In this document: positions 1 to 8,500 of the stretch, piece after piece
How the letters are laid out: the number at the start of each line of letters is the position of its first letter
How positions within the stretch are numbered: the first letter of the stretch is position 1
Assembly: GCA_024643795.1 (NCBI GenBank)
Contig: JAHEMF010000006.1
Coordinates: 22,112 to 86,111, forward strand
Reading direction: 5' to 3'
Length of the DNA stretch: 64,000 nt
Origin: Bacteroidota bacterium
GTDB taxonomy: Bacteria > Bacteroidota > Bacteroidia > AKYH767-A > OLB10
Position numbers and translations under genes: made by a program
The notes under the pieces: model-generated
Told to the model about the DNA's origin: nothing
What the model saw: the letters and a program-made list of their open reading frames with translations, nothing else
The model's database searches: none

Positions 1-2
1 TT

Positions 3-1961
3 AAAAATATTCTTGAACTGCTGGACTCCGATAAGAATTTATCACCGGTGTTGATCAATACAGTTCCTTCAGCATTGAAGGAATTACTGGATGCAGGTGC
101 AAAAATCCCGGACTCGGTAACAACTGTTAATCTGGCAGGCGAACCATTGTCTGAACAATTTGCTGATGAGCTGAATGGCATCAGTCACATCCAAAAAGTT
201 TATGATCTGTATGGTCCCTCAGAAGATACAACGTACTCAACATTCACCCTCAGAAAAGTGGGCGATAGGGCCAATATTGGAAAAGTTCTTCCCAACAGTA
301 AATTATATTTGCTTGATAAGTCTGGCAACCTGGTAGCTCCCGGACTTCCCGGTGAAATTGCATTGGGAGGTGATAAGGTTGCAATGGGATATCTCAACAA
401 AGAACATATTACAAAAGAGAAATTTGTTGAAGACAGGTTTGCCGGAAAGGGCAGAATGTATCTTACCGGTGATCTGGGAAAATTTGACGCTAACGGTAAT
501 CTTATTTACCTGGGACGTAATGATAACCAGGTAAAAGTACGAGGTTACAGAATAGAACTTAGTGAAATAGATCATGTGATCCATGAATTTGCAGGTGTTG
601 CAGATTGTATCAGTAATACATTCCGTTCAAACGAAGGATTCTGGTCAATAGCATCCTACATTGTTTGGGAGAAAGATCAACAGGGCGATAAAAACGCATT
701 GAAAAAATACCTGTCGTCACGACTTCCCGGTTACATGGTACCATCTTACTTTGTAGAACTTGATCAGATCCCGTTAAGTCCAAACGGAAAGGTTGACCGA
801 AAGAAACTGCCTGTGCCTTTGAATGATACACCGCATCTTATTACTACTTATGAAGAGCCTGAAGGTCCATATGAAGAAGCACTGTCAATTATTTTCAGCG
901 ATGTTTTAGGAGTTGAAAAAGTAGGCAGGAATGATAACTTCTTTGATTTGGGTGGTCATTCACTATTGGCGGTGCGTGTGTTCAATGAGATTGAAAAAAG
1001 ACTGGGGATCAAGGCTGCTTTGCCGTTGATATTCTCATCTCCAACCATCTCAAGATTAGCATCTGTTATTTCAGGGTCAGATTCTTCACAGCGATGGTCT
1101 TCTGTTGTGCCGTTTAAGTCGGGAACAGATGAACGGCCCTTGTTCTGCATCCACATGCACAATGGTAATATTCACAGGTGGAAGGTGATTGTAAAGCACA
1201 TGGAAGAATCGTTGCCTGTTTATGCTATTCAGCCTAAAGGGCTTGATCCTAAACAAGAGCCACATCATAGTATAGAAGAGATGGCCGAATATTATGTGGA
1301 ACAAATTCAAAAAGTTCAGCCTCAAGGTCCTTACAGATTAGTGGGATTATGTTTTAGTGGAATGGTAGTATTCGAAATGGCAGTGATACTTCAAAATAAA
1401 GGTGAGCAGGTTGAATTTCTTGCCATGGTAAATAATTACGCTCCCCCTGAAAACCCAACCATGTACAAAATGAAAAGTGAACTGAACAAATTCATGAAAC
1501 TCGAGCTAGGTGAGAAATTTCAATATGCATTGGAAAAAAATGTCAGTCTGGGTAAGAAGCTGTTTGCCCGGTCTGGTAATTTAAGAACAGATGAAGCATT
1601 AAACAAAAATGATTCCATTGGAAACGACCTGAGAACCATCCATTCTCTTGCACTTTTAAATTATCATCCCACACATACTTATGATGGTGATCTTATCATC
1701 ATCAGAACAGATGAGCCGATCGATCCATATTTTAATGACGTTTTGGGGTGGGACAGACTTATAAAAGGTAAGATCACCAGTTATGTTATTGCCGGCTGTG
1801 ATAATGATACCATCATAACTGATGCGCCATATAATATTGAGCTGGCTCAAATTGTGAGAGATCACCTTGCCGGGTCCGGTAAAAGCCAAACAGAGCAAAG
1901 TACAGCTTCCGGCCGCAAAAATAATAACCCCGGAAATACGGTTAATGCTGCCATTCTATGA
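3..1961 (+). CDS. Non-ribosomal peptide synthetase, terminal module (partial A domain, PCP, thioesterase-like domain); 5'-truncated by window edge
   Basis: Frame is open from position 3. A-domain motifs YGPSE, MYLTGDLG, GRNDNQVKVRGYRIEL and SPNGKVDRKKL; PCP motif FFDLGGHSLLA; TE-like GPYRLVGLCFSG. Confidence 0.93.
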   Translation, partial: KNILELLDSDKNLSPVLINTVPSALKELLDAGAKIPDSVTTVNLAGEPLSEQFADELNGISHIQKVYDLYGPSEDTTYSTFTLRKVGDRANIGKVLPNSKLYLLDKSGNLVAPGLPGEIALGGDKVAMGYLNKEHITKEKFVEDRFAGKGRMYLTGDLGKFDANGNLIYLGRNDNQVKVRGYRIELSEIDHVIHEFAGVADCISNTFRSNEGFWSIASYIVWEKDQQGDKNALKKYLSSRLPGYMVPSYFVELDQIPLSPNGKVDRKKLPVPLNDTPHLITTYEEPEGPYEEALSIIFSDVLGVEKVGRNDNFFDLGGHSLLAVRVFNEIEKRLGIKAALPLIFSSPTISRLASVISGSDSSQRWSSVVPFKSGTDERPLFCIHMHNGNIHRWKVIVKHMEESLPVYAIQPKGLDPKQEPHHSIEEMAEYYVEQIQKVQPQGPYRLVGLCFSGMVVFEMAVILQNKGEQVEFLAMVNNYAPPENPTMYKMKSELNKFMKLELGEKFQYALEKNVSLGKKLFARSGNLRTDEALNKNDSIGNDLRTIHSLALLNYHPTHTYDGDLIIIRTDEPIDPYFNDVLGWDRLIKGKITSYVIAGCDNDTIITDAPYNIELAQIVRDHLAGSGKSQTEQSTASGRKNNNPGNTVNAAIL

Positions 1962-1989
1962 TAATGTTTTACCTTCGTAGCAGGTAAAT

Positions 1990-2781
1990 ATGAGTTCACA
2001 AAATAAGCTCCCCATGAACCTGCACTTCCATGAGCTGAAAAGTACATCACGGGAATCATCACCCACTCAGGATGGTCCTTCGCCGGGCGAAATACATATA
2101 TGGGCTCATGCTATTACTCATGCCGATCCTTTCATTGGTCATGCCCGATTCGTATTATCGGCCGAGGAACTGGAAAAAGCCTCCAAATACCATTTTGAAA
2201 AGGACAAAAGAGCCTATGAGGCCGGTCATGTATTTATTAGAAGAGTGCTTTCTCGCTATACCCAAATAGACCCCGTATCCCTTGAGATCACTGTAAACGA
2301 TCGTAATAAGCCTCAATTAGCCAATTCGCCGTTTCCGATACATTTTAACATAAGCCATTCTGAGAACCTGATATTGCTTGCCATCAGCTTCGATGGTGAA
2401 GTTGGTGCAGATACAGAATTCATTTTGCCTGACTTCGATACCGACGGATTTGCCGAAGCTAATTATCACCCTAACGAACTTGCTCAATTTCAGGCTGTTT
2501 CCGGAACTGCTCAAACCGACTTATTCTATAAGATATGGACTCTGAAAGAAGCTTTTTTAAAGCTCACAGGTGAAGGGGTGAACGACCACCTGAAGGATCT
2601 GGATTTTTCAGGTAAAAACAGCTCAATAAAACATTCAAAAGGTTCACCAAAAGAACTGAATCTATACTCCTGGAAACGAAAAGACGATTACATTTGCTCC
2701 CTGGCAGCAGATATTGCTCCTGCCAAATTAAAATTTTATGACTCGGCACTTATAGAGCCAATTGTAAATGAAGACTTTTAA
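1990..2781 (+). CDS. Sfp-type 4'-phosphopantetheinyl transferase
   Basis: Motifs KPQL, FNISHS, VGADTE and FYKIWTLKEAFLKLTGEG; lies directly after the NRPS. Confidence 0.92.
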   Translation: MSSQNKLPMNLHFHELKSTSRESSPTQDGPSPGEIHIWAHAITHADPFIGHARFVLSAEELEKASKYHFEKDKRAYEAGHVFIRRVLSRYTQIDPVSLEITVNDRNKPQLANSPFPIHFNISHSENLILLAISFDGEVGADTEFILPDFDTDGFAEANYHPNELAQFQAVSGTAQTDLFYKIWTLKEAFLKLTGEGVNDHLKDLDFSGKNSSIKHSKGSPKELNLYSWKRKDDYICSLAADIAPAKLKFYDSALIEPIVNEDF

Positions 2782-2805
2782 TAAAATCAACCCGCCAAAT
2801 ATTTT

Positions 2806-4230
2806 ATGAAGAAAAAGATTTCTGAAGGAACAAAATTCCTTAATGATGTGCATTCAGCTTTTGACAAAGCCGCCAAATTCACTTCACATGACGATGGTCT
2901 GCTGAACCAGTTAAAGATCTGTAACAGTATTTATAAATTTTATTTTCCTGTTGAAATTGAAGGAAAAGTTGAAGTTGTGGAAGGTATCCGCGTTCAGCAT
3001 AGTCAGCACAAAAGTCCCACCAAAGGTGGTATTCGCTACAGCCGCATGGTTGATGAAGAAGAGGTAAAGGCCTTGGCAACACTTATGTCATTTAAGTGTG
3101 CTGTTGTTGATGTGCCTTTTGGAGGTGCTAAAGGTGGTATCAAGATCAGCCCCAGATTACAAAACGATAAAACCCTTGAGAAAGTAACCCGAAGGTTTAC
3201 CACCGAGTTGCTGAAGAAAAATCTTATTGGTCCGGGTTTCGATGTACCTGCTCCTGACTACGGTTCCGGCCCTAAGGAAATGGCATGGATAGCTGATACT
3301 TATGCGACCTTCCGCGGTGATGATATCAATGCATTGGGATGTGTTACCGGTAAACCTCTGGGCCAGGGCGGTATACAAGGTAGGACGGAAGCTACAGGGC
3401 TGGGAGTATATTATGGCGTAAGAGAAGCACTTGAGCAAAAAGATGACATGAAAAAACTCAAACTATCTACCGGAATGAATAACAAAAAGGTTATCGTTCA
3501 AGGGTTAGGTAACGTAGGATATCATTCAGCAAAATTTTGTCAGGAGGGTGGAGCTATCATTGTTGGTATTGCAGAGTGGGATGGTGGTTTATATAATGCT
3601 AAGGGACTTGACATTGAAAAATTGATAAAATTCAAACAAGAAACTGGGTCGATCAAAGGTTTCCCGGGTGGGAAAAATATTGCAAATTCCATGGAAGTTT
3701 TGGAAATGGATTGTGATGTTTTGATCCCTGCTGCTTTGGAGAATCAGATCACAGAAGAAAATGCACCCCGTATCAAGGCAAAGCTGATCGCCGAAGGTGC
3801 TAACGGCCCTGTTACAAAAGAAGCTGAAGAGATACTTGTAAGCAAAGGTGTTCTTATTATTCCTGACCTGTTCCTTAACGCAGGTGGAGTTACAGTTTCT
3901 TATTTCGAGTGGCTGAAAAATTTATCTCACGTACGATTTGGACGAATGGAAAAACGTTTCCAGGAGATACAGGCTACCAATTACATTGCTACTATAGAAA
4001 AAAACACCGGCAAAAAAATAGATGCCAAAGCCAGAAAGATCCTGGTGCACGGTGCCGATGAAAGAGACCTGGTTTATTCAGGACTGGAAGAGACCATGAT
4101 TCATGCTTACAATGAGATCCGTGAAATAATGTTAAGTACAAAAGGTATCACTGATCTTCGTACAGCAGCATTTGTAAGCGGTATTAACAAGCTAGCTGCC
4201 AGTTATAAAACACTGGGTGTGTGGCCTTGA
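2806..4230 (+). CDS. gdhA: Glutamate dehydrogenase (Glu/Leu/Phe/Val dehydrogenase family)
   Basis: PTKGGIRY, VPFGGAKGG, DVPAPD, GRTEATGLG, QGLGNVG, EGANGP, NAGGVTVSYFEW. Confidence 0.95.
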   Translation: MKKKISEGTKFLNDVHSAFDKAAKFTSHDDGLLNQLKICNSIYKFYFPVEIEGKVEVVEGIRVQHSQHKSPTKGGIRYSRMVDEEEVKALATLMSFKCAVVDVPFGGAKGGIKISPRLQNDKTLEKVTRRFTTELLKKNLIGPGFDVPAPDYGSGPKEMAWIADTYATFRGDDINALGCVTGKPLGQGGIQGRTEATGLGVYYGVREALEQKDDMKKLKLSTGMNNKKVIVQGLGNVGYHSAKFCQEGGAIIVGIAEWDGGLYNAKGLDIEKLIKFKQETGSIKGFPGGKNIANSMEVLEMDCDVLIPAALENQITEENAPRIKAKLIAEGANGPVTKEAEEILVSKGVLIIPDLFLNAGGVTVSYFEWLKNLSHVRFGRMEKRFQEIQATNYIATIEKNTGKKIDAKARKILVHGADERDLVYSGLEETMIHAYNEIREIMLSTKGITDLRTAAFVSGINKLAASYKTLGVWP

Positions 4231-4245
4231 TCTGCTACAGAGAAT

Positions 4246-4632
4246 TCAACCGGTTATAACTGCGGTAGCTTCAATTTCTACCAGCAGATCCGGATCAACA
4301 AGCCTGCTGACTTCCACCATGGTTGCGGCAGGCTTGATCTTTTTGAATACCTCGCCATGAGCTTTGCCCACTTCCTGCCATTTACTGATATCACATACAT
4401 ATATCCTGGTCCGAACAACATTGGCCATGGTTGCGCCGGCTTCAATCAGCACAGCTTCTATTATTTCCAGAATATGTTTGCTCTGTTTGTAGTAATCACC
4501 TTTGCCCACAATTTCATTATTCTTCACAGCTGTGGTACCTGATACTTCAATCACGTTGCCCGTTTTTACGGCTCTGGAATATCCAACAATATCTTCCCAC
4601 ATGGCTCCTGAACTGAATAATTGCTTTTTCAT
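4246..4632 (-). CDS. RidA/YjgF/YER057c/UK114 family protein
   Basis: VGYSRAV, VSGTT, VVRTRIY, PAATMVEVSRL, VEIEATA; 128 aa. Confidence 0.9.
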   Translation of the reverse strand: MKKQLFSSGAMWEDIVGYSRAVKTGNVIEVSGTTAVKNNEIVGKGDYYKQSKHILEIIEAVLIEAGATMANVVRTRIYVCDISKWQEVGKAHGEVFKKIKPAATMVEVSRLVDPDLLVEIEATAVITG

Positions 4633-4692
4633 AATTAATTTTGATTTTGAATAACAGGGTTAAAGTACTCAACCTGGTTTAATTTGCGATAG

Positions 4693-5385
4693 TTACTTTC
4701 CGGACTCAACCATTGCTTTTCCGTGAACGGGACAAACTCCTTCTTCCACGCTTATTCCCCGGTATATCAACAACAGTGCAAGTAATATCATCAGAATGGG
4801 TGCAGCTTTTGTAAACATATTACGTGCCTTGATACTGGCTACTTTACCGAATACTGCCACAAGCATCATAGCCGGTACTGTTCCTAAGCCGAACATGATC
4901 ATATATAATGCGCCATGCAAAGGCATTTGTGTAATAGCTGCACCTGCCATTGCAAAGTACACAAAACCGCAGGGAAGAATTCCATTGGCCAGTCCGCCAA
5001 CGAATAATGAAGCTTTACTTCTTTTCTTAAGTACATCAGAAAACAACCTCCTCAAAAAAGTATTGAGACGCAAGGTGTATTTGCTTGTTGCCTTTACACC
5101 GGGAAGGTAGTTTACTACAAGTACCGATAGTAAAATAAAGATCCCCACTCCAATTGAAACACTTTTCTGAAAGCCTGCTATGAGGAACATGTGTCCCAGA
5201 AACCCCGCTATGAGCCCCAGTATTGCATAGGTTACTATACGCCCCAGGTTATAAATACCTCTGGAAAAAAGGTAACTGGTTGTTGATGAGCTTGAACCGG
5301 AGAATGCAAGAACTATAGGACCACACATTGCAACGCAATGGAAACTTCCCATAAATCCAATTGCAATTGCTGATAATTCATACAT
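4693..5385 (-). CDS. Sulfite exporter TauE/SafE (DsbD_2-like) membrane protein, cbb3 assembly-associated
   Basis: GSFHCVAMCGP, YNLGRIVTY, GILPCGFVY, FGLGTVP; multiple TM segments; last gene of the cco cluster. Confidence 0.85.
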   Translation of the reverse strand: MYELSAIAIGFMGSFHCVAMCGPIVLAFSGSSSSTTSYLFSRGIYNLGRIVTYAILGLIAGFLGHMFLIAGFQKSVSIGVGIFILLSVLVVNYLPGVKATSKYTLRLNTFLRRLFSDVLKKRSKASLFVGGLANGILPCGFVYFAMAGAAITQMPLHGALYMIMFGLGTVPAMMLVAVFGKVASIKARNMFTKAAPILMILLALLLIYRGISVEEGVCPVHGKAMVESGK

Positions 5386-5389
5386 GTAA

Positions 5390-5827
5390 TTAAGGGATCA
5401 CCAGTTGATTTTCGGAATAAAAATCTTCGCCATTCATACTGTATTCAACCTTCACATTGTAAAGCCCGCTTTTGAATTGACCTGCATCAATTTTCTGAAC
5501 ACCGGATGAATCACTTGCAACTGAAAATTCTTTATCTAGTTCGCTGTCTGAGGGTCTGAAAAAAGTGATGGTTCCTTCAAGGTTGTTGATCGATGGTTTG
5601 TTGGGGTACTCAAATATCACCGTCTGATCCTTTAACTCAATTTTAACGGCTCCATTGTTCTCAGTGGTTCTGTTCATCTTGTCAATGTGGTCCTGGTACT
5701 TCAATTCCTGAGCATAGTAATCATCAGCCACCAGATCTACTTTCTGCTTCATGCTGCCAATAACAAGGATAGCTATAAGGCCCATAAAGCCTGCGTAAAG
5801 TATGATGATCCTGTAGCCCCAATTCAT
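5390..5827 (-). CDS. ccoH: FixH/CcoH family cbb3 assembly protein
   Basis: MNWG plus N-terminal TM helix, DLVADDYYAQELKYQ, FFRPSD. ATG at 5827 lies 1 nt after the ccoG stop (the ORF track starts at an upstream TTG, 5836). Confidence 0.85.
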   Translation of the reverse strand: MNWGYRIIILYAGFMGLIAILVIGSMKQKVDLVADDYYAQELKYQDHIDKMNRTTENNGAVKIELKDQTVIFEYPNKPSINNLEGTITFFRPSDSELDKEFSVASDSSGVQKIDAGQFKSGLYNVKVEYSMNGEDFYSENQLVIP

Positions 5828-5828
5828 T

Positions 5829-7253
5829 TTATTCAAATGCTTTTTTATCTCCTTTGTAAACAGGACCCATAAAGTTGGTATTCACAGTCTCTATTTTCTC
5901 TTCACCTGAATAAACCCCGATCTTGATTTTAGTCTTCCTATCCTGAATAAGTTTGGCATCCAATTTAATAAAAAATTCTCCTTCGGTGATTCCCTCTTTA
6001 GCTGCTTGTATGTTTTCGGTACCAATCAAAACAATGGTGCCTTCTTTCGATTCCAGTTTAAATTGCACCGGAAATGCTTTGGTGGTTTTGTTCACTATCT
6101 TGTAGTTGTACAGGTTGCTGATGGTGCTGTCAGGTTGCTTTTGGTATAACATACCGGGGGTTCTGAGGATGGTGGTCTCCGTGTCAGACCGGAATGCAAG
6201 TCCGAATGATAATCCGGTGAGTAACACTACTAACAAAACAGAGTACCCCATTATACGGGGTGTGAAACGAAGAGGTTTGCTTTTTGCAATCCCATCTTCT
6301 GATGCATAGCGGATCAATCCTTTAGGTAATCCTACCCCATCCATCATATGGTTACACACATCAATACATGCTGTGCAATTTACACACTCCAGCTGAGTAC
6401 CATTTCTGATGTCAATTCCGGTAGGACAAACTTTCACGCACTGATGGCAGTCTATACAGTCTCCGGCCCTTCGTTCTTCATTCTTGTGAAAATGCTGGCG
6501 GGGTTCACCACGAACATAATCATACGCCACTACTATGGAATTCTTGTCTAACAGTACACCTTGTAATCTGCCATACGGACAAACAACCAGACAAACCTGC
6601 TCTCTGAAATGACCAAAAACTCCATAAAAAACTCCTGAAAAAATAATAATTGCCATAAATCCACCCATGTGCATGGCAACAGGTTCAGTGGCTATTTTCT
6701 CAAGCATATCAATGCCGATTATGTAGGCCAGAAAAGTATTGGCTATGATAAAGGAGATGATGTAAAATATAATGTGCTTGCTTCCTTTCTTTATCAATTT
6801 GTCTGTGGTCCACGGAGCCTTTGCCAGTGCTTTTTGTTTACTGGCGTCGCCTTCAATAAAGTATTCGATCTTCCTGAATACCATCTCCATGAAAATGGTC
6901 TGCGGGCAGGTCCATCCACACCAAAGCCTTCCAAATACAGAAGTGAACAAAACAATGAACACAACAAAAGTTAACATGGTAAGTCCAAACAGGAAGAAAT
7001 CCTGCGGCCAGAACACCAGTCCGAAAATGATGAATTTTCGCTCAATAACATTCAATAACAACAAAGGATTGCCATTCACTTCTATGAATGGAATGCCGAA
7101 TAAAAGAACCAGGCAAATAATGCTTACCCACGTCCGTGCATTGTAAAGAGGTCCTTTGGGTTTTTGAGGAAAGATCCAGACCCTCTTACCTTTTTTATCT
7201 ATGGTAGATACAGAATCTCTGAACGATTCAGAGTTAGCTTGATTTGAATCCAT
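5829..7253 (-). CDS. ccoG: Cytochrome c oxidase accessory protein CcoG (FixG), 4Fe-4S membrane protein
   Basis: GRLWCGWTCPQT, CPYGRLQ, CIDCHQCVKVCPTGIDIR, ECVNCTACIDVC. Confidence 0.95.
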   Translation of the reverse strand: MDSNQANSESFRDSVSTIDKKGKRVWIFPQKPKGPLYNARTWVSIICLVLLFGIPFIEVNGNPLLLLNVIERKFIIFGLVFWPQDFFLFGLTMLTFVVFIVLFTSVFGRLWCGWTCPQTIFMEMVFRKIEYFIEGDASKQKALAKAPWTTDKLIKKGSKHIIFYIISFIIANTFLAYIIGIDMLEKIATEPVAMHMGGFMAIIIFSGVFYGVFGHFREQVCLVVCPYGRLQGVLLDKNSIVVAYDYVRGEPRQHFHKNEERRAGDCIDCHQCVKVCPTGIDIRNGTQLECVNCTACIDVCNHMMDGVGLPKGLIRYASEDGIAKSKPLRFTPRIMGYSVLLVVLLTGLSFGLAFRSDTETTILRTPGMLYQKQPDSTISNLYNYKIVNKTTKAFPVQFKLESKEGTIVLIGTENIQAAKEGITEGEFFIKLDAKLIQDRKTKIKIGVYSGEEKIETVNTNFMGPVYKGDKKAFE

Positions 7254-7324
7254 GAATATGACTGAAGATCAAAGTTCAGATTTTAAACGTGAACTTCAGT
7301 TTTTAATGTTTTGTGAGTAGTATT

Positions 7325-8293
7325 TTACTCTGATACTGTTTCGGCAGATGGCTCAGCAGATGCAGTTACTGTTGAATCTGCAGGTGCTGTTTCCTGATTC
7401 TCCTGGTAAAGGTCGCCTTGAGGTTCTTTCGGATTAGGTGGATTGGTGCCATGCAGCGTCTTTATGTAACTTGCCACCTCCTGTATTTCTGTCGGCTTAA
7501 GCTGTGTCTGCCATGATATCATTCCCTTTTGAGGTACACCATATTTAATCACTTTAAAAACATCATTGATACTTCCACCATGGATCCAGTAATCATCCGT
7601 CATATTCGGACCTACTCCACCTTCACCCAGTTTGCCATGGCAAACCACACACTTCTCGTCATATATTTTTTTGCCTGAGGCAAGTTCAGCTTCAGCTGTA
7701 GCAAGTGTTACCGTGTTCTCATCTACCTGTGCAGCGGCTGACTTTAAGCGTTCGGCTTTCGCCTGTTCAGCATCGGCCAGCTGCTCTTCATATTCTGCTA
7801 TTTGTAATTTTCCAGACCCTATTACATGATAGTTTAATAAATAAAGCACCGCAAAAACTATGGTCAGATAAAACCCATAGATCCACCAGGGTGGTAAACT
7901 GTTATCTAGTTCTTTAATACCATCATAATCGTGGTCGAGCATGATGTCAGCTTCTTTCTCAATAGGCACTGCATCGGTGAGCTTTCTGTCAAGCCTCTGC
8001 CACCATGGTAATCGCTCTTTACCTGGTTCTTCTGATGTAACAGGCTTCACAACTTTTTTAGGTTTACCTGCTTCACTGTTCACCAGCCCTCTTATAACTT
8101 TTGCCATTACCGCAATGGTCACAAGAAGTATCAGAATAGTAAAGATTATCAGGTAATTGAGCGGATTGAAAAAATTGGCTGATGGTCCTGCCTGTGCTTC
8201 CTGAGCAAATGCACCCGTTGTTACCAACACTCCTGAGACCAGCAGTGCAGTCATATATAGTTTTTTAGAATTGCTGTTAGTTAAGCGTGCCAT
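7325..8293 (-). CDS. ccoP: cbb3-type cytochrome c oxidase subunit III (mono-heme)
   Basis: DHDYDGIKELDNSLPPWW, one CxxCH (CVVCH), GPNMTDDYWIHGG. Start set at ATG 8293 to avoid overlap with ccoQ. Confidence 0.92.
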   Translation of the reverse strand: MARLTNSNSKKLYMTALLVSGVLVTTGAFAQEAQAGPSANFFNPLNYLIIFTILILLVTIAVMAKVIRGLVNSEAGKPKKVVKPVTSEEPGKERLPWWQRLDRKLTDAVPIEKEADIMLDHDYDGIKELDNSLPPWWIYGFYLTIVFAVLYLLNYHVIGSGKLQIAEYEEQLADAEQAKAERLKSAAAQVDENTVTLATAEAELASGKKIYDEKCVVCHGKLGEGGVGPNMTDDYWIHGGSINDVFKVIKYGVPQKGMISWQTQLKPTEIQEVASYIKTLHGTNPPNPKEPQGDLYQENQETAPADSTVTASAEPSAETVSE

Positions 8294-8312
8294 ATGTTCC
8301 ACTGTTTGCTGT

Positions 8313-8495
8313 TTAGTTTTTAGTTTCAATTGTATCATCCTCAAGAGGGAGGTTGTTCATGTGGTTCAAATAACTTTTATCCATAAAAGCCACCACAAAC
8401 CCCAGCCCTACAAAAAATGTAAAGAAGATCATGAGTGATATCATCGGAAAAATTCCGATCCCTGATATCGAATCCAGATAATTTATAAATTTCAT
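8313..8495 (-). CDS. ccoQ: cbb3-type cytochrome c oxidase subunit IV (CcoQ/FixQ)
   Basis: 60 aa, one TM helix, C-terminal NLPLEDD; sits between ccoNO and ccoP. Confidence 0.88.
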   Translation of the reverse strand: MKFINYLDSISGIGIFPMISLMIFFTFFVGLGFVVAFMDKSYLNHMNNLPLEDDTIETKN

Positions 8496-8500
8496 AAGGT

